A stretch of 63,106 bases of DNA. Origin: an uncultured Gammaproteobacteria bacterium (GTDB taxonomy: Bacteria > Patescibacteriota > Patescibacteriia > Patescibacteriales > UBA12465). How positions within the stretch are numbered: the first letter of the stretch is position 1; every line of letters begins with the position of its first letter. This document shows positions 34,380 through 43,021 of the stretch, one piece after another. A model generated the notes under the pieces. It saw nothing but the letters and a program-made list of their open reading frames with translations, had not been told where the DNA came from and searched no databases. The stretch is from assembly GCA_964572055.1 (NCBI GenBank), contig CAZNDY010000002.1:5555-68660 (forward strand), in the 5' to 3' direction. Both the position numbers and the translations under genes were made by a program.

Positions 34380-36007
34380 TAGATACTTTTGAATGCGGTC
34401 AAGATGTCTCTTATAACGATCACACTTATCCTACAGTTGCTATCGGTGATCAATGTTGGTTTAAAGAAAACTTAATAACTGACAAGTTCAAAAATGGAGA
34501 TAGTATTCCTCGGGTAACTGGAAGTTGGGGATCAACTATATCCTCGTGGATTTCTTATCATAGCAACTCTTCTTATTATCCGGTCTATGATTTTTTTTCT
34601 ACTTATGGAAACCTTTATGGTTATGTTTATTCATCTCATACTATAACTGATCCTAGAGGAGTTTGTCCTGAGGGCTGGATGGTGCCAACTAGAGATGATT
34701 TTATTTCTTTAATAAACAATATTGGAGCTTATAATGTCTACAACTTAAGATCTTGTCGCCAGGCTAATTCTCCTTTAGGAGGTGAATGTACAACTTCAGA
34801 GCATCCTTATTGGGCTTCTGATACTGTTTATGGAACTGATGACCTTGGTTTTTCTTTACTTCCTGGTGGTCACAAATATTCAACACAGTGGCCTTATTTT
34901 GGAAGTGGTTTTTGGCTTTGGACATCGACCGCTAATAGTACTGGACCTAGTTTATACTATATATATAATACAGGTGGCCCAACAATTTCTACTTCAAGTA
35001 CTGTTCCTATTGATTCTATTTACGGTCGCTATGTTAGATGTATTAAAAAAACAGATCTTTTTCCTAAAACTGTTCCGATTGTTACCACTAGTCCTGTTAA
35101 CAATATTTCGGCAACTAGAGCTTTTTCTGGAGGAACTATAACTAATGATGGCGGTTCTATTGTTCATTCTGGTGGCGTTGTTTGGAGTGAAAACAGTAAT
35201 CCCTTGATTGACGATGGAAATTCAAAGTTTTCACATTCAACTTTAAGTTCTACCTCTTTTGTCTCTGATGTTTTCTATGGCCTTGAACCAGGTAAAACTT
35301 ATTACATTAGAGCTTATGCTGTTAATGAGGTCGGAGTAGGTTATGGTAATGTTTTATCTTTTACAACCACAGACCCTTGTTTGGGCTTAAGTTCAGTTTC
35401 TTATAATGGTTATAATTATCCAACTGTTGCTATTGGTGAACAATGTTGGTTTAAAGAGAATTTAATATCTGACAAGTTTAAAAACGGAGATTCTATCCCT
35501 AGAGTTAGTGGAAGTTGGAGTGGAACGAATTATCCTTTATATGATTTTCTTTCTACCTATGGAAATCTTTATGGTTATGTTTATTCATCTCACACCATAA
35601 CTGACCCTAGAGGAGTTTGTCCTGAGGGTTGGATGGTGCCAACTAGAGATGATTTTATTTCTTTAATGAGTAATATTGGAGCTTATAATATCTATAATCT
35701 TAGGTCATGTCGTCAGGTTAATTCTCCCTTAGGAGGAGAATGTACAACCTCAGAACATCCATATTGGGCTTCTGACACTTTTTATGGAACTGATGATCTT
35801 GGTTTTTCTTTACTTCCTGGTGGTCATAAATATTCAACTCAGTGGCCCTATTTTGGAGGTGGTTTTTGGCTTTGGACTAGGACTGTTGATGATCTTGGGA
35901 CAAGTTTGTATTATATCTATAATACAGGTGGTTCAATAATTTCTACTTCAAGTACTGTTCCTATTGATTCTATTTACGGTCGCTACATTAGATGTATTAA
36001 AGAATAA
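34220..36007 (+). CDS. continuation of the same pilin-like gene in the -1 frame: FISUMP-like domain / Ig-like domain / FISUMP-like domain
   Basis: Frame open from 34220 (ORF-track TTG 34268 is not a real start). Two copies of ...IGDQCWFKENL...YGNLYGY...CPEGWMVPTRDDF...GFSLLPGG...FWLWT... resemble the Fibrobacter succinogenes major paralogous domain. A TT..V..ISATRAFSGG..TNDGGS...GKTYYIRAYAVNEVGVGYG domain lies between them. Confidence 0.65.
   Translation, partial: FSSLSEGPKCATPGGILDYDCSGGSVGGEDNPVSNVCYPDCQAGYICQSGSCVVDTFECGQDVSYNDHTYPTVAIGDQCWFKENLITDKFKNGDSIPRVTGSWGSTISSWISYHSNSSYYPVYDFFSTYGNLYGYVYSSHTITDPRGVCPEGWMVPTRDDFISLINNIGAYNVYNLRSCRQANSPLGGECTTSEHPYWASDTVYGTDDLGFSLLPGGHKYSTQWPYFGSGFWLWTSTANSTGPSLYYIYNTGGPTISTSSTVPIDSIYGRYVRCIKKTDLFPKTVPIVTTSPVNNISATRAFSGGTITNDGGSIVHSGGVVWSENSNPLIDDGNSKFSHSTLSSTSFVSDVFYGLEPGKTYYIRAYAVNEVGVGYGNVLSFTTTDPCLGLSSVSYNGYNYPTVAIGEQCWFKENLISDKFKNGDSIPRVSGSWSGTNYPLYDFLSTYGNLYGYVYSSHTITDPRGVCPEGWMVPTRDDFISLMSNIGAYNIYNLRSCRQVNSPLGGECTTSEHPYWASDTFYGTDDLGFSLLPGGHKYSTQWPYFGGGFWLWTRTVDDLGTSLYYIYNTGGSIISTSSTVPIDSIYGRYIRCIKE
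34427..35049 (+). repeat. intragenic duplication, copy 1 (lectin-like domain)
   Basis: Roughly 90% nt identity by eye to 35417-36003, with a 36-nt insertion relative to copy 2. Confidence 0.85.
35417..36003 (+). repeat. intragenic duplication, copy 2 (lectin-like domain)
   Basis: See copy 1; most differences are at third codon positions. Confidence 0.85.
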
Positions 36008-36016
36008 CTGGTATTC

Positions 36017-36045
36017 TTGACTTATTATCTTTTCTTTGCTAAATT
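36017..36045 (+). promoter_or_regulatory. candidate promoter of the str operon
   Basis: TTGACT-17 nt-TAAATT, about 100 nt upstream of rpsL. Confidence 0.35.
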
Positions 36046-36144
36046 CTTTATACACATTCCAGAATTGTGTTGTTTGTGTTTTTGTTTGTATTTGTATAGA
36101 TAATATAAAAATAGTATAAATTAATAAAATTTTAAATAATTTTT

Positions 36145-36564
36145 ATGCCAACTATTAATCAGTTAGTTAGAAAGGGAAGAAAACCTTCCAGCAAAAGAAA
36201 AAAGAATTTAGCATTACGTACTAGCCTAGATTCTTTACATCGTAAGAAAAAAGTTACAAAAAGTGGTTCACCTTTTAAGCAAGGTGTTTGTCTTAAAGTT
36301 ACTACCATGACTCCAAAGAAACCAAACTCAGCTTTACGTAAAATTGCTCGTGTTCGTTTATCTAATGGAATGGAAGTTACTGCTTATATCCCTGGTATGG
36401 GTCATAACCTACAAGAACATTCAATTGTTTTAGTTAAGGGTGGAAAAACAAAAGATTTACCAGGTGTTAGATATAAAGTTGTTCGTGGTGTTTATGATGC
36501 TCAAGGTGTTGAGGCTCGAAGGCAGGGAAGAAGCTGCTATGGCGCTAAAAAACCAAAGGCTTAA
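36145..36564 (+). CDS. rpsL: 30S ribosomal protein S12
   Basis: [13 protein letters not shown]...[10 protein letters not shown]...; carries a ~15-aa insertion near the N-terminus. Confidence 0.95.
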   Translation: MPTINQLVRKGRKPSSKRKKNLALRTSLDSLHRKKKVTKSGSPFKQGVCLKVTTMTPKKPNSALRKIARVRLSNGMEVTAYIPGMGHNLQEHSIVLVKGGKTKDLPGVRYKVVRGVYDAQGVEARRQGRSCYGAKKPKA

Positions 36565-36628
36565 AATTTAATTAATATAAAATTGATATAAATTAATAAA
36601 AATTGCTATAGCTGGTAATTTTAAAATT

Positions 36629-37096
36629 ATGAGAGGTAAACAAGCTCCAAAAAGAAAAATTGAAAATGATTTAAAGTATGGTGATAAAAATATTGCCAAA
36701 TTTATAAATTATATCATGGTTGACGGAAAAAGATCTGTAGCTCAAAAAATAACTTATGATGCTTTTGATATTATTCGTCAAGAAACTAAACATGATCCAA
36801 GACATATCTTTAATAAAGCCTTAAAAAAGGTTTCTCCATTGCTTGAAGTTAGAGGTAAAAGGGTTGGTGGTGCTAACTATCAAGTTCCTTTTCAAGTGAG
36901 AGGCGAAAGAAGATTTTATTTAGGTTGTAATTGGATTATTTCAGCTGCTAAAGATAGAAAAGGAAAATCTATGGCTGAAAAATTAGCTGCTGAAATTTTA
37001 GATGCTTCTAATGGTGAAGGTGCATCTGTTAGAAAAAGAGAAACTGTTCATAAGATGGCTGAGGCTAATAAGGCTTTTGCTCATTTCTCAAGATAA
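36629..37096 (+). CDS. rpsG: 30S ribosomal protein S7
   Basis: KFINYIMVDGKRSVAQKI...LEVRGKRVGGANYQVP... Confidence 0.95.
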   Translation: MRGKQAPKRKIENDLKYGDKNIAKFINYIMVDGKRSVAQKITYDAFDIIRQETKHDPRHIFNKALKKVSPLLEVRGKRVGGANYQVPFQVRGERRFYLGCNWIISAAKDRKGKSMAEKLAAEILDASNGEGASVRKRETVHKMAEANKAFAHFSR

Positions 37097-37112
37097 TAAA
37101 ATTATATATTTT

Positions 37113-37202
37113 GGCAAACTTTTTTGTCAAAGACTGCGAGGCTCGTTCATCGTATTATAAATACGACTTACTTCGCTTCTCGTCTTTTCCTCAAATTTTG
37201 CT
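37113..37202 (+). promoter_or_regulatory. ~90-nt imperfect inverted repeat (candidate structured RNA) in the rpsG-fusA spacer
   Basis: Central perfect hairpin TCGTAT-tataa-ATACGA (37150-37166). Outer arms pair in blocks: GCGAG/TTCGC, AGAC/GTCT, GCAAA/TTTGC. Confidence 0.35.
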
Positions 37203-37326
37203 CAAAATATAAAATTTTAATCGCAATTCTTTCTTAATTTTTTTCTAAAAATTTCACTTAAAATATGAGGTTTTAAGAAGAAATAAAAAAATATAAAATA
37301 TATATAAAAATTAAAATAAGTATCCT

Positions 37327-37365
37327 AAGAGTCTTGAAAGTCTTAAAACTCTTAAAACTCTTTAA
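37327..37365 (+). repeat. 27-nt hairpin repeat unit overlapping four tandem 9-nt repeats, just upstream of fusA
   Basis: AAGAGTCTTGAAAGTCTTAAAACTCTT (37327-53). Tandem units AGTCTTGAA/AGTCTTAAA/ACTCTTAAA/ACTCTTTAA span 37330-65. Related to the units at 49568 and 49631. Confidence 0.6.
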
Positions 37366-37372
37366 CTAATAT

Positions 37373-39457
37373 ATGTCGCAAGATTATACTCTAGATAAAT
37401 TTAGAAACATTGGCATCATGGCCCATATTGATGCTGGAAAAACAACTTTTACCGAAAGAGTTCTTTTTTATACTGGAAAAAAACATAAGATTGGTGAAAC
37501 TCATGATGGTGCCGCTGATATGGATTGGATGGAGCAGGAAAAAGAAAGAGGTATTACTATAACTTCAGCTGCTACAACTTGTTTTTGGAAAGACAATAAA
37601 ATTAATATAATTGATACTCCGGGTCACGTTGATTTTACGGTTGAAGTAGAAAGATCTCTTCGTGTTTTAGATGGCGCTATTGCTGTCTTTGATGGATCTC
37701 AGGGTGTTGAACCTCAATCAGAAACTGTTTGGCGTCAAGCAGACAAATATAATGTTCCTAGACTTTGTTTTGTTAATAAAATGGATAAAACAGGAGCTGA
37801 TTTTTACATGAGTTTAGATTCCATTAAAAAAAGATTAAATCCTAAGGCTGTTGCTTATCAATTGCCAATTGGATCTGAAGGTACTTTTTCTGGTGTTATT
37901 GATGTGTTAGAAAAAAAAGCTTATAAGTTTGAAGGAAATTTTGGTGTGAATATAACTGAAATTGAAATTCCAACTGACATGCAAGAAAAAGTTGACAAAT
38001 ATCACAGTGAGTTAGTTGAAAGAATTGTTGAGTTTGATGATAGTTTAACTGAAAAATATTTAGGTGGTGAGCAGATATCTATTGAAGAATTAAAACCAGC
38101 CTTAAGAAAGGGTGTTATTTCAAATGGAATATATCCTGTTTTTTGTGGAACAGCTTTACAGAATGTTGGAGTTCAAAAAGCTCTTGATGCTGTTTGTGAT
38201 TATTTACCATCACCTCTTGATGTTCCAGAAATAGAAGCTACAGATGTTGATGATGAAAACAAGAAAGTGGTTGTTAAGCCAGACGAAAAAGATCCTTTTA
38301 TTGGATTAGCTTTTAAAATAGCGACTGATCCTTTTGTAGGAAAACTTTGTTTTGTAAGGGTTTATAGTGGTGTTTTGAGTTCCGGTTCATATATAATTAA
38401 TTCTTCTACTGGAAACAAAGAAAGAATTGGACGCTTGGTTCGTATGCATGCTAATCATAGAGAGGAGATCAAGGAAATAAAAGCTGGAGATATTGCAGCT
38501 GTTATTGGTTTAAAAGATACTACAACTGGTAATACTTTGTGTGATGAAAAGAATCCTTTATTGCTTGAATCTATTATTTTTCCTGAACCAGTTATTAAGA
38601 TTGCTGTTGAACCAAAAACTAAGGCTGACCAAGAAAAAATGGGCATTGCTTTAAGCAGATTAGCCGAAGAAGATCCAACTTTTAGAGTAGAAAGTGATGA
38701 AGAAAGTGGACAAGTTTTGATTTCTGGTATGGGTGAACTTCATTTAGATATTATCGTTGATCGCATGAAGAGAGAGTTCGGTGTTGAAGCTAATGTTGGT
38801 AATCCTCAAGTATCTTATCGTGAAACCATTAAGCAAAAAGCTGAGGCTGAACATAAATATGCCAAACAATCTGGTGGTCGTGGTCAATATGGTCATTGTT
38901 ATTTGAGACTGGAGCCACAAGTTAATGAAGGTGGTAAAACTTATGAATTTGTTGATGAAGTTAAGGGAGGAGCTATTCCAAGAGAATATATTCCTGCTAT
39001 TGAGAAGGGTGTTAAAGAGGCAATGGGAAGTGGTGTTTTAGCTGGCTATCCAATGGTTGATGTTAAGGTAACTGTTTATGATGGTTCTTATCATGAGGTT
39101 GACTCTTCTGAAATAGCTTTTAAAATGGCAGCTATTTTTGCTTTTAAAGATGCTTGTCAAAAAGCTAGTCCGGTTTTACTTGAGCCAGTTATGAAAGTTG
39201 AAGTTACTACTCCAGAGGAATATATGGGCAATATTATTGGGGATTTAAATGCTAAAAGAGGTCAAATTGAAGAAATGACTGACAGAGGTAATGCTAAAGT
39301 TATTTTAGCTAAAGTTCCATTGGCAGAAATGTTTGGCTATGCCACATCTTTGAGGTCAATGAGTCAAGGCAGAGCTAATTATTCAATGGAATTTTCTCAT
39401 TATAATGAAGTTCCAAGAAATATTTTAGAACAAATTAAAGAAAAAAGTGGTAAATAG
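37373..39457 (+). CDS. fusA: translation elongation factor G
   Basis: [26 protein letters not shown] GTPase motifs; 694 aa full-length EF-G. Confidence 0.96.
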   Translation: MSQDYTLDKFRNIGIMAHIDAGKTTFTERVLFYTGKKHKIGETHDGAADMDWMEQEKERGITITSAATTCFWKDNKINIIDTPGHVDFTVEVERSLRVLDGAIAVFDGSQGVEPQSETVWRQADKYNVPRLCFVNKMDKTGADFYMSLDSIKKRLNPKAVAYQLPIGSEGTFSGVIDVLEKKAYKFEGNFGVNITEIEIPTDMQEKVDKYHSELVERIVEFDDSLTEKYLGGEQISIEELKPALRKGVISNGIYPVFCGTALQNVGVQKALDAVCDYLPSPLDVPEIEATDVDDENKKVVVKPDEKDPFIGLAFKIATDPFVGKLCFVRVYSGVLSSGSYIINSSTGNKERIGRLVRMHANHREEIKEIKAGDIAAVIGLKDTTTGNTLCDEKNPLLLESIIFPEPVIKIAVEPKTKADQEKMGIALSRLAEEDPTFRVESDEESGQVLISGMGELHLDIIVDRMKREFGVEANVGNPQVSYRETIKQKAEAEHKYAKQSGGRGQYGHCYLRLEPQVNEGGKTYEFVDEVKGGAIPREYIPAIEKGVKEAMGSGVLAGYPMVDVKVTVYDGSYHEVDSSEIAFKMAAIFAFKDACQKASPVLLEPVMKVEVTTPEEYMGNIIGDLNAKRGQIEEMTDRGNAKVILAKVPLAEMFGYATSLRSMSQGRANYSMEFSHYNEVPRNILEQIKEKSGK

Positions 39458-39470
39458 TTTTTTATAGATA

Positions 39471-39502
39471 AAAAAACGGAGCTTAATAAAGCTCCGTTTT
39501 TT
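39471..39502 (+). terminator. intrinsic terminator after fusA
   Basis: AAAAAACGGAGC-ttaataaa-GCTCCGTTTTTT perfect stem with T run. Confidence 0.85.
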
Positions 39503-39524
39503 GTTTTTAAAATATATATTTTTT

Positions 39525-39533
39525 TGCTATAAT
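39525..39533 (+). promoter_or_regulatory. extended -10 promoter element (TGcTATAAT) for the pilin-LamG unit
   Basis: TGCTATAAT ends 6 nt before ATG 39540; weak -35. Confidence 0.4.
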
Positions 39534-39539
39534 TTTGGT

Positions 39540-40571
39540 ATGAATAATTTTTTGTTTATAAGAAATAAAAAAGCTTTTACCTTTGTTGAGATTTTAGTTG
39601 CTGTTTTAATTGTTGCCTTAATTTCTACTTTAGTGATGATTTCTCTTTCTAACTCCAGGAGTAAGGGCAGAGATTTAAAAAGAATTAATGATGTTAATCA
39701 AATTCAAGTTGCTTTAGAAAATTATAAAAATGTTGAAGGACGATACCCAGAACAATTAATTCCAGAAGAATCGTTGGTTGGTTCTTCTTCGCTTGTTTTT
39801 ATGAATTCTATTCCCAGTAATCAAGGCTATTCTTTAAATTCTTGTTTGTATGATTCTTATTATTATGAAAATTTAGAGGGAGGAGAATCTTATCAGATAA
39901 ATTTTTGTTTAGAAAATAATAATAATAATTTTGACGAAGGCTTAAAATGTGCTGGTCCGAATGGAATTTTGAATGTTCCTTGTGAGGTAAAAAATAATCT
40001 TTTGGCTTATTGGGAGTTTGATGGCAACCTAGATGATTTATCTGGTAATGGATTTAATGGTCTAGAAGTTAATGGTGCCAATTTTGTTTCTGGTTTGATT
40101 GGTCAGGCACTTGAATTTGATGGAGCGACAACTACCTATGCCTTAATGCCAAATCTCGGAATAGCTTCTGGTCCATTTTCTATTGTTTCAGTGGTTTATT
40201 TTTATTCAAATCCTCCACGTATTTATAGAACAATTTGTGGGTATGCTGGTACTAGAAGGCTTTTGGTTTCTAGCGCTGGTCGTCTTCTTACACAATTTGG
40301 TGGAAATTTTTTTTCTAATGAATATTTGCCTAATGAAGAGTGGTTTATGATTTCTTATGTTTGGGATGGAGTTAATGAAAATTGGTATATAAATGATCGT
40401 CATGACAACAGCGATGTTCCCACAGCTACTCCTAGCTGGAATAATCAATTTTATGTTGGGCAATACGATCTACAAAACTATCCACACAAGGGGTTAGTGG
40501 ATAGTCTTCGTTTTTATAATAGAGCATTAAGTTATGAAGAGATTATTAGGTTGTATGAAACAATTAGATAG
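39540..40571 (+). CDS. type IV pilin-like protein with C-terminal LamG/ConA-like lectin domain (paralogue 1)
   Basis: ORF-track start 39501 is TTG; ATG 39540 gives MNNFLFIRNKKAFTFVEILVAVLIVALISTLVMISL (prepilin signal). C-terminal half has LAYWEFDGNLDDLSGNG...GQALEFDG...LVDSLRFYNRALSYEEIIRLYE (Laminin_G_3-like). Confidence 0.75.
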   Translation: MNNFLFIRNKKAFTFVEILVAVLIVALISTLVMISLSNSRSKGRDLKRINDVNQIQVALENYKNVEGRYPEQLIPEESLVGSSSLVFMNSIPSNQGYSLNSCLYDSYYYENLEGGESYQINFCLENNNNNFDEGLKCAGPNGILNVPCEVKNNLLAYWEFDGNLDDLSGNGFNGLEVNGANFVSGLIGQALEFDGATTTYALMPNLGIASGPFSIVSVVYFYSNPPRIYRTICGYAGTRRLLVSSAGRLLTQFGGNFFSNEYLPNEEWFMISYVWDGVNENWYINDRHDNSDVPTATPSWNNQFYVGQYDLQNYPHKGLVDSLRFYNRALSYEEIIRLYETIR

Positions 40572-41652
40572 TTATATAAAAATTTTATTTAGAAAAAACA
40601 AAAAAGCTTTTACCTTTGTTGAGATTTTAGTTGCTGTTTTAATTGTTGCCTTAATTTCTACTTTAGTGATGATTTCTCTTTCTAATTCCAGGAGTAAGGG
40701 TAGGGACTTAAAAAAAATCAATGATGTTAATCAAATTCAAATTGCTTTAGAAAACTATAAAAACGTTGAAGGGGAATATCCGGAACAATTAAATTTGGGT
40801 GATCAATTAATTGGAAGCTCTTCTGATTTGGTTTTTTTAAATGAAATACCGGGTGATTTTTCATATTTATTATTTGGAGAAAATTATTATGAACTAGAAT
40901 TTGAATTAGAAAATAATTCAGATCAATTGAGTGAAGGTTTAAATCTGGCAACACCTGAAGGGATTACAAACAAAGACATTATACCTGATCTAAGCAGTAA
41001 TTATCTTAAATTTGATGGAGTCGATGATTATTTATCTTCCAGTCAAAACGTTGATTTTAATATTAATTCTGGTGATTATTCGGCTAGCGCCTGGATATAT
41101 GTCGATAATCAAGATTTAATGAATTGGCAAACAGTTGTAGGTGTTGGACAGCAATATCTTTATGGTTTTCATCTTTATGCCAATAGGGTCTGTACCTATG
41201 GAGATAGTACTGCTTTTTGTGTTAGCTTTGATTCTTATGTTCCTAGAAACCAGTGGTATTTGGCTACTATTGTGCATAATTTTTCTAGTAAAAAATTTTT
41301 TGCTTATTTAAATGGTGTTAAGGTAAATGAGGGAACTTATACTATTAATTTAGTTAATGCAATAAATAGACCAATAACTTCTGGTTATCGAGGCACATAT
41401 ACTGTTGGTATTCCTAATTATTTTAAGGGCTATATTTATGATGCTAGAATTTATAGAAGGGTTTTAAATCCTGAAGAAATAGTTTCTTTATATGAAGGGG
41501 GAAAAATATCGAGCAGTGATTTAGTTGTTCGATGGATAATGGATGACGGACTTGGATGTGCAGTCTTAGATTCTTCTATTAATAAAAACAATGCTTCTTT
41601 ATTGCCTGATTGTCCGACGTCTTGTCCTATGTGGGTAAATAGTGTTTTATAA
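40555..41652 (+). CDS. type IV pilin-like protein with C-terminal LamG/ConA-like lectin domain (paralogue 2)
   Basis: ATG 40555 or 40534; KKAFTFVEILVAVLIVALISTLVMISL, then YLKFDGVDDYL...ASAWIYV...FKGYIYDARIYRRVLNPEEIVSLYEG; overlaps the previous gene. Confidence 0.75.
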   Translation: MKQLDSYIKILFRKNKKAFTFVEILVAVLIVALISTLVMISLSNSRSKGRDLKKINDVNQIQIALENYKNVEGEYPEQLNLGDQLIGSSSDLVFLNEIPGDFSYLLFGENYYELEFELENNSDQLSEGLNLATPEGITNKDIIPDLSSNYLKFDGVDDYLSSSQNVDFNINSGDYSASAWIYVDNQDLMNWQTVVGVGQQYLYGFHLYANRVCTYGDSTAFCVSFDSYVPRNQWYLATIVHNFSSKKFFAYLNGVKVNEGTYTINLVNAINRPITSGYRGTYTVGIPNYFKGYIYDARIYRRVLNPEEIVSLYEGGKISSSDLVVRWIMDDGLGCAVLDSSINKNNASLLPDCPTSCPMWVNSVL

Positions 41653-41679
41653 TTATAATTTATAAATTTATAAATATTT

Positions 41680-42690
41680 ATGATTGCTTTTAAAAAAAAT
41701 AAAAAAAATCTGCTACTAGCCTTTACTTTTACAGAACTAATGGTTGTTATTTTAATAATTTCATTAGTAACCACCGTAGCTATTGCTTCGGTTAGTGTTA
41801 TTAAGAGATCGGCTAGAGATAAAAAGGTTTTAAGCAATATTTCAGAATTAAGACTAGCTTTAGAGTCTTACAAGATGGTGGAGGGTGATTACCCTGATAA
41901 TGAAAATTTTAATTCGGGAGAACAATTGGTTGGTCCCTCGGGCGTTGTTTTTTACGATAAAATTCCTGATAATATTTTTTATAATTATGATCAGGATTAT
42001 AGAAAATATTCAATTTCTTTTCAGTTAGAGGGTGACTTAGATAATTTAAGTTCCGGTTATAATTGTGTAGTTAATGAAAGTACAATAAATCAACCCTGTT
42101 GTCCCTTCGGTGTTTCAGCTTATTTAAAAGCAGATGGGAATGTTAATGATTATTTAGGAAATTATAATGGTGTTTTTACTGGGCCTGCTTATGTCGAGGG
42201 TAAGCTTGGGCAAGCTTTTAGTTTTAATGGTTCTAATAATTACATAAGCTTAAATTCTCCAATAGAGTTTTCTGTTGGCACAAGTCTTTCTCTTTGGATT
42301 GATTTTAATAATATTTCTACTACTAGATATTTTATAGGTGATTCTTCTCGTACCGTTGGTATTCGTTATAGTGGAACAGAATTTTTAGCTTTTCAAGGTG
42401 GGGCAGGTTATACTGGAATTAGTTGGTCAAAATTAAATGGATTTGTTCATCTGGTTATTATAAAAGTAGATAGTTACAATTTTGATTTTTATATTAACGG
42501 CGTTAAGATTGGGACTTCTTATTCTGGAGCGAATTCAAGTAATATATTAATTGATTTTATAGGAAGAAGATTGGACGGTTATTATTTTTTGGGACCAATT
42601 GACGAAGTTATGTTTTTTAATAGAGAATTGTCTTTAGATGAAATAAACTTTTTATATGAAATGGGCAATACTTGTTATTATCCAAACTAA
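41680..42690 (+). CDS. type IV pilin-like protein with C-terminal LamG/ConA-like lectin domain (paralogue 3)
   Basis: LLLAFTFTELMVVILIISLVTTVAIA prepilin signal; AYLKADGNVNDYLGN...GQAFSFNG...LGPIDEVMFFNRELSLDEINFLYE. Confidence 0.75.
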   Translation: MIAFKKNKKNLLLAFTFTELMVVILIISLVTTVAIASVSVIKRSARDKKVLSNISELRLALESYKMVEGDYPDNENFNSGEQLVGPSGVVFYDKIPDNIFYNYDQDYRKYSISFQLEGDLDNLSSGYNCVVNESTINQPCCPFGVSAYLKADGNVNDYLGNYNGVFTGPAYVEGKLGQAFSFNGSNNYISLNSPIEFSVGTSLSLWIDFNNISTTRYFIGDSSRTVGIRYSGTEFLAFQGGAGYTGISWSKLNGFVHLVIIKVDSYNFDFYINGVKIGTSYSGANSSNILIDFIGRRLDGYYFLGPIDEVMFFNRELSLDEINFLYEMGNTCYYPN

Positions 42691-42696
42691 TTTTTG

Positions 42697-42724
42697 TTGA
42701 CATAATTTATTTTTTAATTATAAT
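42697..42724 (+). promoter_or_regulatory. consensus sigma70-type promoter
   Basis: TTGACA-16 nt-TATAAT, 27 nt upstream of ATG 42752. Confidence 0.6.
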
Positions 42725-42751
42725 ACTTAGTTATAATTAAAAATTAGTTTT

Positions 42752-43021
42752 ATGTCTAAACAATTAAAGCAAGTTATAAATTTATCAAAAAAAACTGGAG
42801 ATCGTATTATTGTTTTTGATAATAGCGAGCCCGAAGACTCTTTTGTTTTAATGGGTCTTGATCAGTACGAAAGTTTAATTAATATTGATCAAAAAAAAGG
42901 CTTGACAGAGAAAAAAAATATTGATAATATCAAGGGAGATGAAAATGTTGTTAATGGAAATGGAAAAAGTTCAAGTAATTGGAAGATTCCGCCGCAAATT
43001 AGAGAAGAGGCTGAAAACTAA
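42752..43021 (+). CDS. hypothetical small protein (89 aa)
   Basis: ORF behind a consensus promoter, upstream of tuf; no motif recognised. Confidence 0.45.
   Translation: MSKQLKQVINLSKKTGDRIIVFDNSEPEDSFVLMGLDQYESLINIDQKKGLTEKKNIDNIKGDENVVNGNGKSSSNWKIPPQIREEAEN

Noticed and set aside
34782-35141. 119-aa + strand ORF inside the pilin-FISUMP gene
   Set aside because: It is out of frame with a strongly supported domain-encoding frame. Its low-complexity hydrophobic translation is typical of an off-frame artefact.
34427-36003. Possible diversity-generating retroelement (template/variable repeat pair) in the duplicated lectin domain
   Set aside because: Mismatches between the copies are mostly C/T and third-position changes, not adenine-specific. 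No reverse transcriptase or accessory gene is in the window.
41451-41837. 128-aa minus-strand ORF spanning the junction of pilin-LamG paralogues 2 and 3 (also the 85-aa ORF at 40206-40463 and the 75-aa ORF at 40727-40954)
   Set aside because: These are antisense to well-supported coding frames and have no motif. Long antisense ORFs are expected in AT-rich DNA.
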